Assembly: GCA_030390025.1 (NCBI GenBank)
Contig: CM059432.1
Span: 143,532,001 to 143,596,000 of the forward strand
Direction of reading: 5' to 3'
From: Squalus acanthias
Lineage: Eukaryota
Length of the DNA stretch: 64,000 bases
The translations under genes were made by a program, and so were the position numbers. Shown piece by piece: positions 36,886-49,044 of this stretch (its first letter is position 1; each line of letters begins with the position of its first letter). The notes beneath the pieces were generated by a model. It searched no databases. It was not told the DNA's origin and was given only the letters and a program-made list of their open reading frames with translations.

Positions 36886-37377
36886 ATTATCCTGCAGGTC
36901 AAGTGATATACTGCAACACAATGCAACAACTGAATAGAGGCACTCTTGAGATTTTCAATTGACTAACACAAAGTTTATGGAGGGAATTAGCCGAGGCAGC
37001 TGAAGGCACGGCCGCCAATGGTGGGGCGAAGGAAATCGGGGAGGCGCAAGAGGCCAGAATTGGAGGAGCGCAGAGATCTCAGAGGGTTGCGGGGCTGGAG
37101 GAGGTTACAGAGATAGGGAGGGGGGGGCGAGGCCATAGAGGGATTTGAAAACATGGATGAGAATTTTAAATTCTAGATGTTGCTGGGCCGGAAGCCAATG
37201 TAGGTCAGCGAGCAAATTATTGGGGAAAAAAAACCAAATTAGACAAAGTAATTTGCTGAAAATCTCTTTTTTTAACTCCTCTCCATAAAACTGACTGTAC
37301 CGAGCTCTTTCTAGATGTGTTGGTTTCCTTTCAGCCCCATTCCCTGGGTTAACAGCAGGTTGCTTGTTTGTTTAAAG

Positions 37378-37607
37378 GACACTCTACGGAGCTGGATTCC
37401 CAACAGGAGCCTGATGGTAACTGTACAGCATGGAACCCCGACTGTGAGCGGACATCACACAACGCTACAGATGTGGGAGGATTCACATTTCTCCTTTCTC
37501 CCTGCTATTCCCCTACCATTAACAGCATCACACCTTCTAATGGGACGATGTATGACCGACTAACCATTACAGGCACTGGATTCAGTAACATCAGCTGTGC
37601 TAATGAG
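37378..37607 (+). CDS. PKHD1L1: PKHD1L1 exon
   Basis: aag/gtaat; ...FLLSPCYSPTINSITPSNGTMYDRLTITGTGFSNISCANE. Confidence 0.9.
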
Positions 37608-37910
37608 GTAATTCAAAATGTTCGAACACTAGCGACAGTAAGTTTGAACTTACTCACTAAGGGGGGAATTTTCCCAGCCCTGAGGAGGCGGGTTTGGAGG
37701 CGGGACTACCGGGAAAATGGCAGAAACTGGGAGCGGGTACCGACCCCGCTCTCAACCCTCCTCCGTGCCATCTTCCCGGGAGGCGGGTCCCCGAGTCGTG
37801 CAGGGACCCGTCTCCTCGAGGCAGGAAGGGGATTAGAGCCAATTAACTGCCGGTTAACAAGTATGAGAAGTCGCACAACACCAGGTTATAGTCCAACAGA
37901 TTTATTTAAT

Positions 37911-37950
37911 TTTACAAGCTTTCGGAGCTGTCGCTCCTTCCTCAGGTAAG
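37911..37950 (-). ncRNA. Minimal hammerhead ribozyme-like motif
   Basis: Minus strand UUAC-CUGAGGA-A-GGAGC-gaca-GCUCC-GAAA-GCUU-GUAA. Confidence 0.6.
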
Positions 37951-38292
37951 TTAGCAGTGAGAGAATCTCCCAGAATTCACAATTTAAACACAGACAAAAT
38001 CTATTCAAATATTTCCCTACATCAAAGACACACTAAGAGCACAGCCAAGACAATGAGATGTGTCCCAGGGGGTCCAACGTGTCAAACCACCTGCTGGCTG
38101 CATATTTTAAAAAGACTAACACAAAAACCAACACAAATTGACAGGATATGCAGCCAGTAGGTGGTTTGACACGTTGGGACACATCTCATTGTCTTGGCTG
38201 TGCTCTTAGTGTGTCTTTGATGTAGGGAAATATTTGAATAGATTTTGTCTGTGTTTAAATTGTGAATTCTGGGAGATTCTCTCACTGCTAAC

Positions 38293-38330
38293 TTACCTGA
38301 GGAAGGAGCGACAGCTCTGAAAGCTTGTAA
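38293..38330 (+). ncRNA. Minimal hammerhead ribozyme-like motif
   Basis: UUAC-CUGAGGA-A-GGAGC-gaca-GCUCU-GAAA-GCUU-GUAA. Confidence 0.58.
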
Positions 38331-39709
38331 AATTAAATAAATCTGTTGGACTATAACCTGGTGTTGTGCGACTTCTCATTTTTGTCCACCCCAGTCCAAC
38401 GCCGGCATCTCCACATCATGACCTCGGTTAACAAGTAGTTAACAGGCAGTTTTGAGGCTTTTCCCCATTTTGAGCCTTCTGCTGCGGGCTTCCCGACGGC
38501 TGCGAAACTCACCAGGGTCAGCGAGGCGAGCAGTGGGTCTGCAGGGGTGAGAGGGGTCAAAATGTCAGCTGTAGAGGTGAATGATGGGTGCAAGTGTGGA
38601 CAGGTAAGTATGAGAGGTGAGTGTAAAGTGTTAGAAAAAGTTTCCTTACCTTTGCTTCTTCCTGCAGGCTTCAACCCTTAGGGATCCGGAGGTGCCTCAT
38701 CTCAACGGCAGAGATGACAGAATGGCTGCTGCATTCTCAGATGCTGCAGCCATCTGCTTTCTGCTGAGGAGAGGTGTCTTGGTGAGCCTTTGTGCAAGGG
38801 CTCACTTTAGAACAGAGATTGTCAGTGTTTGACAGCTTGAACCCATGACCTGTCTGACGCAGAGGTGAGAGTGCTACCACTGAGCCACGCCTGACACCTT
38901 GGAAATCTATGTACAACACCATAGGGCTGACCACAGTCCACTTGGGTTGTCACTTCCTCAAAGAGATCGAGGAGGTTGGTGGGGCAGGACCTTCTCCATC
39001 TCAATCCATGCTGACTGCACAAGACCCTCAAGGGTACAGCTGATCATCAACTGCATTATTTTACATGGAATTGAAGTCAGGCTAATGGGTCTGTTGTTGC
39101 CTGTGTCTGCTTTTTCCCCCCTCTTTGAAGATGGGTGCCATGGTAGCCTACCCCCACCTGGAACCTCCCCACTATCCGCTGACTCCTCATAATGGTTGTC
39201 ACTGCCTCACAAAGCTCCTCCCTCGTGTTGCTTAACACGCTGGGATAAATACCACGGGGATTTATTTGTTTTGAACCCATTTAGCCTGTTTTGGACTTCC
39301 ATCTCATTGGTCGTTGGTTTTACTTGGGAAATCTTTGCTTGGGAGGGCATGTTACCATGTCTTCCCTTGTGAATTGTGCGCATTCTCAGTTTCGAGCCTT
39401 AGTGATGTTTTTCTACGTTAAAGGCGCTATAGAAATGCAAACTGTTGTTTGTATCTTTTATGGTTTTCAGCTCTCTCCTCGTGTTGTGGTACTGAAGGAT
39501 TTTTATACTTCATGTTCAGCCTCTGCTGGTATCTTTTTTTTTTCTATGTCTCTCTCTGCTATTTTTTTTAACTTGTTTCTCCTCGCTGGATTGCCATCTT
39601 TGCAAATTACAAATAACTACAGTTACGTTCAGTCCAACACAGGGGTGGGCAATTATTTGGGCTGGAGGGCCACTTAACAAGTTGTGGTGAGCTGTTGAGG
39701 GCCGCCCAC

Positions 39710-39850
39710 CAACGTTCCCCCTAAGGTGCGTGGCCGTGCGGTTGCGCACCAATCGCGAGGTCCCGCGCAGGAAGAGACACTTCGCGGCCGTGCAGTCGCG
39801 CAGCAGATTTAAAGGGACCTGCGCATGAAAAAATATTAGAGGGAACATTG
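39710..39850. mobile_element. Small hAT-like MITE (nested)
   Basis: TIRs CAACGTTCCCCCTAA / TTAGAGGGAACATTG; imperfect 8-bp TSD. Confidence 0.65.
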
Positions 39851-40671
39851 CCACACACATAAAATGAATTGTGTTAACAGCTACCATTAAAATTTGTTAC
39901 GGCATTTATTGTATAAAGAGCCCTTCATGTCGTTTCCATACTTAATCAAAAATAACAACACTTATTAACATGCTAACGAGCATGATACAGGTTTACGAGT
40001 CACATTGAAAAGTGCTCGGTCTGTTTATTCCAAATGATCTAAATTCTTTCTTGTAGTAGAAAATGAGAGACTGATTCTGCTTCCACTGGCCATTCTAAAC
40101 AAGGTATAAGACACAATCAAGGATAAAATCATTTATACAACCTTTAACAATTGCACATGAAAGTGCTACTTCAATGCTTTTGAAACCTCGCTAAGAAATA
40201 ATGAGGTGACTCGGAAAATGATTTATATCACAAATTGTGCCCCAGGTCAGCCCTCAGATTGGGCTTGTTCATTGTCAACGTGCGATCACTCCTGAGAAAA
40301 GCCAAGACGCCGACAGAGTTTGCGGACTTTCACTTGAGAATGGCCACAAGTAATGAACCATTATAATGCACATTTCACCCCCGAGTGCTATTTATTACTG
40401 GGACTGGCCAACGACATAAATCTCTGCAACCCTCTTCCAGTCATGACAATAAACTTAAGTTGTTCATGGTATGGGGAAAAAGGGCTTAACTTAAAATCAG
40501 TGAATGCAATCTCCATTATACCCGAGTCCGTTTAGTTCTGCCTCCACTATGCTAATTAAGTGGGATAATATTAAAACGAGTGAATAACTGTGCAAGAATT
40601 AATAACCCCACTAACAGTCATTGGTGAGAGCAAAGTGTTAAATTAGTAAATGTGAAACAGGCCAACTCATA

Positions 40672-41298
40672 GGGCTGGATTTTGATACTGGGGCGGGCTG
40701 AGGACGTGTTATCCACCCGACTGCAATTGGATGTGGGAGATTGATGCGATTTTCACCTAATTGGGCAATTGAGTTCCAGCATGTGGGAACCCATGAACCA
40801 ATTAGTGTTTTCAGTCTGAAAGTCGCCTCTGATGATGTCATCATTGCTGCTGCATTGAAGGTCTTCAGAGACTGCCTGGCCTTTGCTGTGAGAGGACCTG
40901 GATGCAAAATGAGCAGCAGCAGCCCTAAGTCTGCTCCCAGATATTTTTACACCACCACTCAGTGAGGGAGAGAGAGAGACAGAGAGACAGAGACAAATGT
41001 GCTCCCGCCAGGTTTCACAATCGTGGTTCAGAACAGGCGTGCTTCACGTAGAACAAGGGTTAAAATCACAAAGGCCTTTCAAAATGGCATTATAGAGCCA
41101 ATTTAGTGCTTGTTAAGGGCCTTAACAGCCTATCCCGTCTCTTAGAGGCGGGACGGAGGCGGGACCAGCAGACACGATTTAATGAAAATTGCGTGGAGGC
41201 GGGATGGAGGCGGACTTGTGCCCGCCCGCCAGTTTTCGCAATTTTAACCCCCCACACGCCTCCAAACCCGCCTCCACAGGTCAATGAAAATCCAGCCC
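40672..41298 (+). mobile_element. Harbinger-like MITE, copy 1
   Basis: Perfect 12-bp TIR GGGCTGGATTTT, TSD ATA; near-identical to 45489-46182. Confidence 0.9.
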
Positions 41299-41586
41299 AT
41301 AGTGTTGATCAACACTCCCACTTCTACCCTCCCAATAATTTATAAACATAAATTCAGATAGTAGACGGATACTATCTTAAATACACAAAACGTAGTGTAA
41401 AATAGTAAAATCTTCCGTTACTAAATGAATGAAGTGATTGATCGATCGATTATATGTGGTACTGAAGGTCTATGTGGCTGCTTGGCCGAGCGGCTTGAGT
41501 CTGCGGGGTCTCCGACGCGAGAGGTGTTCTCTTTGTACGGGAGCCCGAGGCTTCGCAAGGCCTGAGCTACAATCGCATGCCATTAC

Positions 41587-41710
41587 CTGGAGTCCATGTG
41601 CTCCGGGATCCACTCGCGTGTCTAAGACGGCGATGAGAACCCCCCTGCCATCGTACTCTGGGTACCAGGAGAGGGAAGACGCAGCGCCGGACTCGTTCCT
41701 CGGTAAAAGA
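41587..41710 (-). pseudogene. TPP2: Displaced fragment of tripeptidyl-peptidase II exon 1
   Basis: [41 protein letters not shown]/gtaatg versus recalled TPP2 N-terminus [41 protein letters not shown]. Confidence 0.85.
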
Positions 41711-42131
41711 ATCATCGAGATGAGCAGCCGTGACTCGACTCTAAAATGGACAGGGCATATTTGAGTACGCCGTGCATTCTGGATATGGACATCCGCCATT
41801 GGGGGTCCAGAATCGCGGAATGGATCCTTTTAAGATCGGGCCGGGGAGAATCGCTTTTGCGAATTGATAAATTGAATGCAGTATTACTGTGTGTTCCCTT
41901 TGCAGTTCAGGTCCGCCTCTGACCCACGAGAAGTGAAAGTAGATAGACTAATGTGCAGCTCGGGTTCTGGCTCCTGTTCTATTTCTGTCCCGTCCAGCAG
42001 GCCGGATAGAATGACTTGGCGGGTCAGTTACGGCCCACGGGCCTTATTTGGCCCGCCACAGGGTCTAAAAGTATCGAATTGGTTGACTGCTAGAAAGCAG
42101 AAGTTCTCATTCCGCTGTGTTGCCGTTTCAG

Positions 42132-43119
42132 GTGAGAGTTGAAGCACACCCGTGCATCGTTGAAAACAGCACGGAGAATGAACTCTTGTGTCGGCTGGAT
42201 CCGGAAGGAGCGATGGAGGTCGGCATTGCAGCCCTGGTGACTGTGACGGTCCATAACCTTGGCACTGCTGTCAACACCTTAGCCGACGAATTCAGTCGCC
42301 GCTTCGCGCTGCTCCCTCATGTTGACAACATTAGCCCCAGCGTTGGGTCCACAACAGGAAAGACCAGGGTGACCATCACTGGGTCAGGCTTTGGCGCTGA
42401 CCCCAGCACTGTCACGGTCCTGTTGGCCAATGTGCCTTGCTCGCTCGTTGCTGTCAACTACACACAAGTCACCTGTGACTCTTCACCTTCCATTGCCTCC
42501 CATGGGACTGTCGAGCTTTCCATCCGTGGCCTCCTTGCTGTGTGTAGCGGCCCCTGTGACTATTCCTACGCTGAGAGCGCCACACCAGTTGTGCTGAATA
42601 TCTTTCCAAATCTCCTGAGCGCAGTCGACACGGAGCTTACCATAACCGGGAGTGGATTTGGGACCCATGGCGATATGGCTTTCATTCTTGTAGGCGAGGC
42701 CCGTTTTGTGCCGCGCAATGTTTCGGACACCAGCGTGAATTGTACAGTCGGACCCGTGCCTGTTGGCCAGTACTCGCTCAGGGTTTTAATATTAAACAAA
42801 GGTTTATCTCCCGGAGGTATTTCAGTCACCAGCGCTGCAAAGGCCTCCCTTTCGCCAGCGTCAGGAGGCGTTAACGGCGGCACCACGTTGTCAATAACGG
42901 GTAATGGCTTTGTCCGGGGTGGAACCACAGTGACGGTTCACGGTTCTCCGTGCCGCATTCTTTCAGTCACACCAGGTGAAATCCAGTGCGTCACCCCAGC
43001 TTGTCCCCCGGGCGCTGTCGATGTAAATGTTGCTGTTCATTCCACGGCGTATCCACTCCTTAAATTTACATGCAACCAGACAGAGACTCCTGATATTCGA
43101 GCTGTGTCTCCAATGACAG
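42132..43119 (+). CDS. PKHD1L1: PKHD1L1 large exon (several IPT/TIG repeats)
   Basis: cag/gtaag, 988 bp open; VRVEAHPCIVENSTENELLCRLDP...NLGTAVNTLADEFSRRFALLP...GSTTGKTRVTITGSGF...GGTTLSITGNGF. Confidence 0.97.
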
Positions 43120-43402
43120 GTAAGCGATTGTCAGGACTTGATCTTCTAGCGTGTTTCTGTAGTGTAACCCTAATCTTAACACTAACCCCACGCCCATCCC
43201 TGTCCTCAACCCCATCCCAACCCCCCGACCCCCGACCCTGACCCCAACCTCCAACTCCAACCTCCAACCTCCAACTCCCAACGGCTTTGTGTCTGCACCA
43301 ATCCTCATTTTTGCGGCTATTTTATATGTTTTTGAATGTGTGCAGATAAATATTGCTCTTGGAGATGATTGCTGCACTTCTCCGATCTTTGCATTAGTTG
43401 TT

Positions 43403-43815
43403 GTCAGCCGTGGCTCAGCGGTAGCTCTCTCGACCCACTCCAGAGACATGAGCCATAATCCAGGCTGACACTCGCAGTGCTGTACCGAGGGAGTGCTGCC
43501 CTGTTGGAGATGCCGTCTCTCAGATGAGACATTAAACCAAGAGATCCGACGACACTATTTCGAAGAAGAGCAGAGGAGTTCTCCCCGATGTCCCGGCCAA
43601 TATTTATTTATCCCTCAATTAACATTAATTTTTTTTTTTTTAAAGCAGATTTGGTCATTTATTTCATTGCTGTTGGTGGGATCTTGCTGTGTGCAATTTG
43701 GCTGCCGTGTTTTCTACATTACAACAGTGACTGCACTTCAGAAGTATTTTATTGGCTATAAAACACTTTGGGATTCCTGAGTTCATGAAAGTATAAAGTG
43801 TAGAAATGCAAGTTC
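43403..43815 (+). mobile_element. Deu-domain SINE copy
   Basis: TCAGCCGTGGCTCAG head, Deu core and tail as in 52394-52843. Confidence 0.75.
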
Positions 43816-44350
43816 TTCTTTCTTCTTCTCTTCTTCTTCTCAGGCAGTCCCTCGGAACCGAGGATGACTTGCTTCCACATTAAAAATGAGTTCTCAGGTG
43901 ACTGATGAGTCCAATGCGGGACCTACAGTCTCTGTCACAGGTGGGGCAGACGGTGGTTGAAGGGGCGGGCGGGTGGGGTGCTTGGGTTGACGTGCACTCC
44001 TTCCGTTGTTTGCGCTTGGCTTCCGCTTGCTCCCGGCGAAGAGACTCGAGGTGTTCGGCGCCTTCCCGGATGCTTCTCCTCCACTTTGTGCGGTCTTGGG
44101 CCAGGGATTCCCAGGTGTCGGTGGGGATGTTGCACTTTTTCAAGGAGGCTTTGAGGGTGTCCTTGAAGCGTTTCCTCTGCCCACCTGGGGCTCTCTTGCC
44201 GTGTCGGAGCTCCGAGTAGAGCGCTTGTTTTGGGAGTCTCGTATCGGGCATGCGGACGATGTGACCCGTCCATCGGAGCTGATCGAGCGTGGTCAAAGCT
44301 TCGATGCTGGGGATGTTGGCCTGAGCGAGAACACGGACGTTGGTCTTCTT
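43816..44350 (-). mobile_element. RTE-clade LINE 3' fragment
   Basis: QLRWTGHIVRMPDTRLPKQALYSEL...CPTCDRDCRSRIGLISHLRTH, (AAG)n tail. Confidence 0.9.
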
Positions 44351-45488
44351 TCTTAGTTGACTGCTATCAGGTGCCATACGCCCTTGTGACTTTACAACAA
44401 TCTTAAAAGGTGCGGTGTAGTAATCCACTACCCCATGCAATCTGCCAAGTGGCACCAAGTGAACATAACCGAGAAACAGACTCCCCATTAGCCTCATTGG
44501 TAGCTGTCCGTACATCATTCTTTCTGGAGGGCCTCCTGGCCCCTGTGGGTTGAGGATCTCTCTTGCACTGTTGACCCCCTGCACAAAGCTGGCATGCTGC
44601 GTGCCAGACCCTGGGTGCCCCCTTCCCTGGCTTGCTGAGCCATTTATGTTAGTGCTGAGGCACTTTTCCCATTTTTTGAGGTTCGGAAGGGAATTCAGCT
44701 TTAAGAGCATGAAGACTCCCTTTTGGGAATTCTTTTTAATGTAAATTTTTTTTTCAGAAGGCAGTTGAGCTAAAAACTGCCTATTTTTACATCATCTTCA
44801 TTTTTTTCCATTTCAGAAGGGCATTGCCCTTTTAAGAAAATGTCAGTGCCGTGCCCTTCTCAATAATCCCACATTGCTTTGTGAAATCACAGCCTCGCTT
44901 TTTCAGAAGCCGTTGGAGCAGTAACGCTGCTTGGGCTCGCACACTGGGGCCTGCTGCCAGGACCACACTGCCAGGACGGCGTTACACTGTGAGTTTAGCA
45001 CTGGGCTAATGATCATTAGTCCCCAGCGCCACCATTTTTGGCGGCCGCAGTGGCATCGGGAGCTTTTGTAGCGGCCACGAATTTCAAGGCCACAGTCTCT
45101 CCAAAGCAACACAGTTGAGATAGGGAACTTGGGGAAAAGCCTACACTTCAACAACAACAACTTGCATTTATATAGCACCTTTAACGTAGTAAAACGGCCC
45201 AAGGCGCTTCACAGGAGCGATTATCAGACAAAAATTGACAGCGAGCCACATAAGAAGACATTAGGGCAGGTGACGAAACACTTGGTCAAAGAGGTAGGTT
45301 TTAAGGAGCGTCTTAAAGGAGGAAGGAGAGGTAGAGAGATTTAGGGAGGGAATTCCAGAGCTAAGGGCCTTGGCAGCTGAAGGGACGGCCGTTAATGGTG
45401 GAGCGAAGGAAATCGGGAATGCGTAAGAGGCCAGAATTGGAGGAGCGCAGAGATCACAAAGGGCTGTAGGGCTAGTTAGAATTACATA

Positions 45489-46182
45489 GGGCTGGATTTT
45501 GATACTGGGGCGGGTTGGGGTCGTGTTATCTACCCGACTGCAATTGGATGTGGAGATTGATGCAATTTTCACCTAATTGAGCAATTGAGTTCCAGCATGT
45601 GGGAACCCATGACCCAATTAGTGTTTTCAGTCTGAAAGTCGCCTCTCTGATGATGTCATCATTGCTGCTGCATTGAAGATCTTCAAAGACTGCCTGGCCT
45701 TTGCTGTGAGAGGACCTGGATGCAAAATGAGCAGCAGCAGCCCTAAGTCTGCTCCCAGATATTTTTACACCACCACTCCCAGATATGTCTCCTCTCTATC
45801 CATCCATATATACATCCATCCACATAGCCATCCATATATGCATCCCCATAGCCAGCCAGCCGTCAACTATCCATATCCAAATGTGCTCCCGCCAGGTTTC
45901 ACAATCGTGGTTCTGAACAGGCGTGTTTCACGTAGAACAAGGGTTAAAATCACAAAGGCCTTTCAAAATGGCATTATAGAGCCAATTTAGTGCTTGTTAA
46001 GGGCCTTAACAGCCTATCCCGCCTCTTAAAGGTGGGGCGGAGTCGGGACCAGCAGACACGATTTAATGAAAATTGCGTGGAGGCGGGATGGAGGCGGACT
46101 TGTGCCCGCCCACCAGTTTTCGCAATTTTAACCCCCCACACGCCTCCAAACCCGCCTCCACGGGACAATGAAAATCCAGCCC
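45489..46182 (+). mobile_element. Harbinger-like MITE, copy 2
   Basis: TIR GGGCTGGATTTT, TSD ATA. Confidence 0.9.
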
Positions 46183-46390
46183 ATAGTATTTACAGCACAG
46201 AAACAGGCCATTCGGCCCAACTGCTCCATGCTGGTGTTTATGCTCCACACGAGCCTCCTCCCACCCCTCTTCACCTCACCCTATCAGCATATCCTTCTAT
46301 TTCTTTCTCCCTCATGTAATTATCTAGCTTCCCTTTAAATGCACCAAAGATTTAAAGATTCTCACAACTCTTTCCCTCTCCTTGTTTTAG

Positions 46391-46639
46391 GTATAAGCGG
46401 AACAACAATCACCATCGTTGGGTCGAGTTTTGGATCTGTTACCTCCGATATCGCAGTCTCGATAGATGACGTTTTGTGCAATGTGACCATTGCTAATGAC
46501 AGCTGTGTTGAGTGCGTTGTGGGACATCACGCTGGTGGCACTTTTCCAATCGTTCTGAAACATGCGAAGACGGGATACGCAGAGGCTGGGCTCTCATTTC
46601 AGTATGAACTAAATATAACCAGTATCATTCCGACTGAAG
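46391..46639 (+). CDS. PKHD1L1: PKHD1L1 exon, GC donor
   Basis: GISGTTITIVGSSFG...CNVTIANDSCVECVVGHHAGGTFPIVLKHAKTG...ITSIIPTE; ends AAG/gcaagt. Confidence 0.91.
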
Positions 46640-46729
46640 GCAAGTGCAGAGTCACAATTCTTTTAATATTTCCGAAGTACCTTTGACAAGACAAAAAAGA
46701 AATTGGATGAAAATTATTAAATCGTGGAA

Positions 46730-47575
46730 GGGTACAGTAGTGTAGTGGTTCTGTTCCTGGACTAATTATCCAGAGAACGTGAGTTCCAATCCCACCGTGG
46801 CAGTTTAAGAATTTGAATTCAGTTTTTAAATCTGTTAATAAAATGCTGGTGTCAGTAAAAGTGACCTTGAAGCTGTTGGATTGTTGTAAAAACCCAACTG
46901 GTTCACTGCTGTCCATTAGGGAAGGAAAACTGCTGTTCTTACCCGGTCTGGGCCTATATGTGGCAACAAGAGCAGGTCAGAGGCTAGGTATTCTGTGGCG
47001 AGTGTCTCACCTCCTGACTCCCCAAAGCCTTTCCCCCATCCACAAGGCACAAGTCAGGAGGGTGATGGAATACTCTCCACTTTCCTGGATGAGTGCAGCT
47101 CCAACAACACTCAAGAAGCTCGACACCATCCAGGGCAAAGCAGCCCGCTTGACTGGCACCCCATCCACCACTTTAAACATTCACTCCCTCCACCACCGGC
47201 ATACCGTGGCTGCAGTGTGTGCCATCTACAAGATGCACTGCAGCAACTTGCCAAGGCTTCTTCGGCAGCACCTCCCAAACCCGCGACCTCTACCACCTAG
47301 AAGGACAAGGGCAGCAGGCGCATGGGAACACCACCACCTCCAAGTTCCCCTCCAAGTCACACACCATCCTGACTTAGAAGTATATCGCCGATCCTTCATC
47401 GTCGCTGGGTCAAATTCCTGGAACTCCCTCCCTAACAGCACTGTGGGAGTACCTTCACCACACGGACTGCAGCGGTTCAAGAAGGGGGCTCACCACCACC
47501 TTCTCAAGGACAATTAGGGATGGCCAATAAATGCCGGCCTTGCCAGCGACGCCCACATCCCGAGAATGAAAAAAA
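46730..47575 (+). mobile_element. tRNA-like head fused to LINE 3' end (bipartite element or insertion chimera)
   Basis: 46730-46962 homologous to 52846-53090; 46959-47575 homologous to ~56280-56900. Confidence 0.75.
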
Positions 47576-48030
47576 TAGTGAGGTCCTTTAATGGCCCAGT
47601 GTGTAAATTAACTCACGTGTGCGGTACTGCGGCACACACACCAGCGAGGGTGTAGTTTCGATCCCTGGTTCGTGGACTCACGTGGGACAGAGCGCTACAC
47701 TTGGTCTGCATGTCCCTGGGCTAGGGAGGGAAACCTCACTTCCTGCCCACTCCCCTGTGGGCCCCAGTAAACCAGAGGGTGGATGTTGTGTAAGGACAGG
47801 ATCGGCTCTCACTGCTGGATATACTGTTGATGTTAGTCATCTAGACTTCTGAAGGTAGGCCACGCGGACCAGTCACCGGATCTCCACCATTACCTAAGAA
47901 CTATGTCCCAGTCTAAGTCACTGCCATTGTTTGATTCCAATAAAATGCCATTAAAAGACTCTCAGGATCTCAAATTCACACACACACACACCAATTGTAA
48001 TTGTGTTTTAATCTTTTTTCCGGTGTGTAG

Positions 48031-48180
48031 GCAGTTTTGGTGGTGGCGCGATACTGACCTTGAAAGGTGCTGGATTCGACCAACAGAAATCCCGTGTGTT
48101 TGTGTGTGACAGTGAATGCAGAGTGCAGCCATCAGCCTCCACCTCCAGCACTCTGTGCTGTCAAGTGCCACCGAATAATG
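48031..48180 (+). CDS. PKHD1L1: PKHD1L1 exon
   Basis: tag/gtaag; GSFGGGAILTLKGAGFDQQKSRVFVCDSECRVQPSASTSSTLCCQVPPNN. Confidence 0.94.
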
Positions 48181-48390
48181 GTAAGCGTCAGTCAGTAAGC
48201 CCACAGAGTGCCGTTTACAGGGGCCCTGTTGTATTTGCATACTTATTTTGAAGTGAGGAGACAGGCCGCAAGAAACAGGCTTCAGCACTGGTGGGTGGGT
48301 CACTGCTTCTCGCTTCAGTGGGAGGCCGGGTTCCTTCAGCCCCTTGAAGTCCCTCGTCCGATCTTCTGGTGCTGCAGCAGTGTCCCCATG

Positions 48391-48779
48391 AGGGTCGCCA
48401 ATCTGGTTCGGCGTATTCCTGGAGGCTTCATCACATGACCGCCTGCCTCCAAATGCTCCTCCCCCCACACTTTCCGCCATTGCTTGTTGAACTTGCCCAT
48501 CCTCACGGCGCTGTGCCTTCCCACGGCCAATTGGATAGCAAACAGACTCTTTGTTACCCAATTGCTTGATTCTTGACTCTCAGTCAAACAGCCCTTGCCC
48601 CCCACCCAACCCCCCACCCACCCCACAACCTCCACTATTTTTATAACTACTAAATGAAAGTGCTCAAACAAAATGAAAAAACTCAATATTTTTTAATGTT
48701 TTTCTCCTGGGATGCCCCACAGCAGTGTCCTGGAGATTAATCTTTCATTCCTGGACAATCCGGAAGGGTTGGCAACCCC
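48391..48779 (-). mobile_element. MITE with GGGTTGCCAAC-type TIRs
   Basis: AGGGTCGCCAA...GGTTGGCAACCCC; related to 57843-58131. Confidence 0.6.
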
Positions 48780-49044
48780 AGCCCCCAATGCAACCTCTTC
48801 CCCCCACCCCCCCAAGAGTCTCCTGGTCGGCACTGGTGGGCTCCCTCTTGATGGCGGGAATAACATCCGGCAGCCTGCGTTGCCTCTCGAATGAGTCCTG
48901 ACCCAGGAGAATGGGTTGGGGCTGGGGGCAGTCATGGGGGGGTGGGGGGGGGGGGGGGGGTGCAAGCAGAAGCCCGTCCAGCTCAGAAACTCTGCCCCGA
49001 AGAGGAGAATCCAGGCCCAACTCTAACTATGGGATCAGCTTCCA

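Larger units (their letters stand above)
37864..38424. mobile_element. Fold-back Penelope-type non-autonomous element with two hammerhead motifs
   Basis: ~240-bp inverted arms (to 38105 / from 38146), ~45-nt 3' extension, 13-bp TSD CGGTTAACAAGTA (37851-37863, 38425-38437). Confidence 0.8.
39640..42062. mobile_element. Putative hAT (Charlie-like) non-autonomous element carrying a TPP2 fragment
   Basis: Left end CAGGGGTGGGCAAT; degenerate right end GGCCCACGGGCCTTATTTGGCCCGCCACAGG; 8-bp flanks GTCCAACA / GTCTAAAA (6/8). Confidence 0.55.

Noticed and set aside
37957..38285. Twin 67-aa ORFs on opposite strands
   Set aside because: Mirror products of the inverted repeat; no coding evidence
42132..43119. 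PKHD1 or plexin/MET assignment
   Set aside because: The long TIG run followed by G8 and the recalled residue-level match favour PKHD1L1
43880..44710. 276-aa ORF as a novel gene
   Set aside because: Chance read-through into an RTE C-terminal fragment
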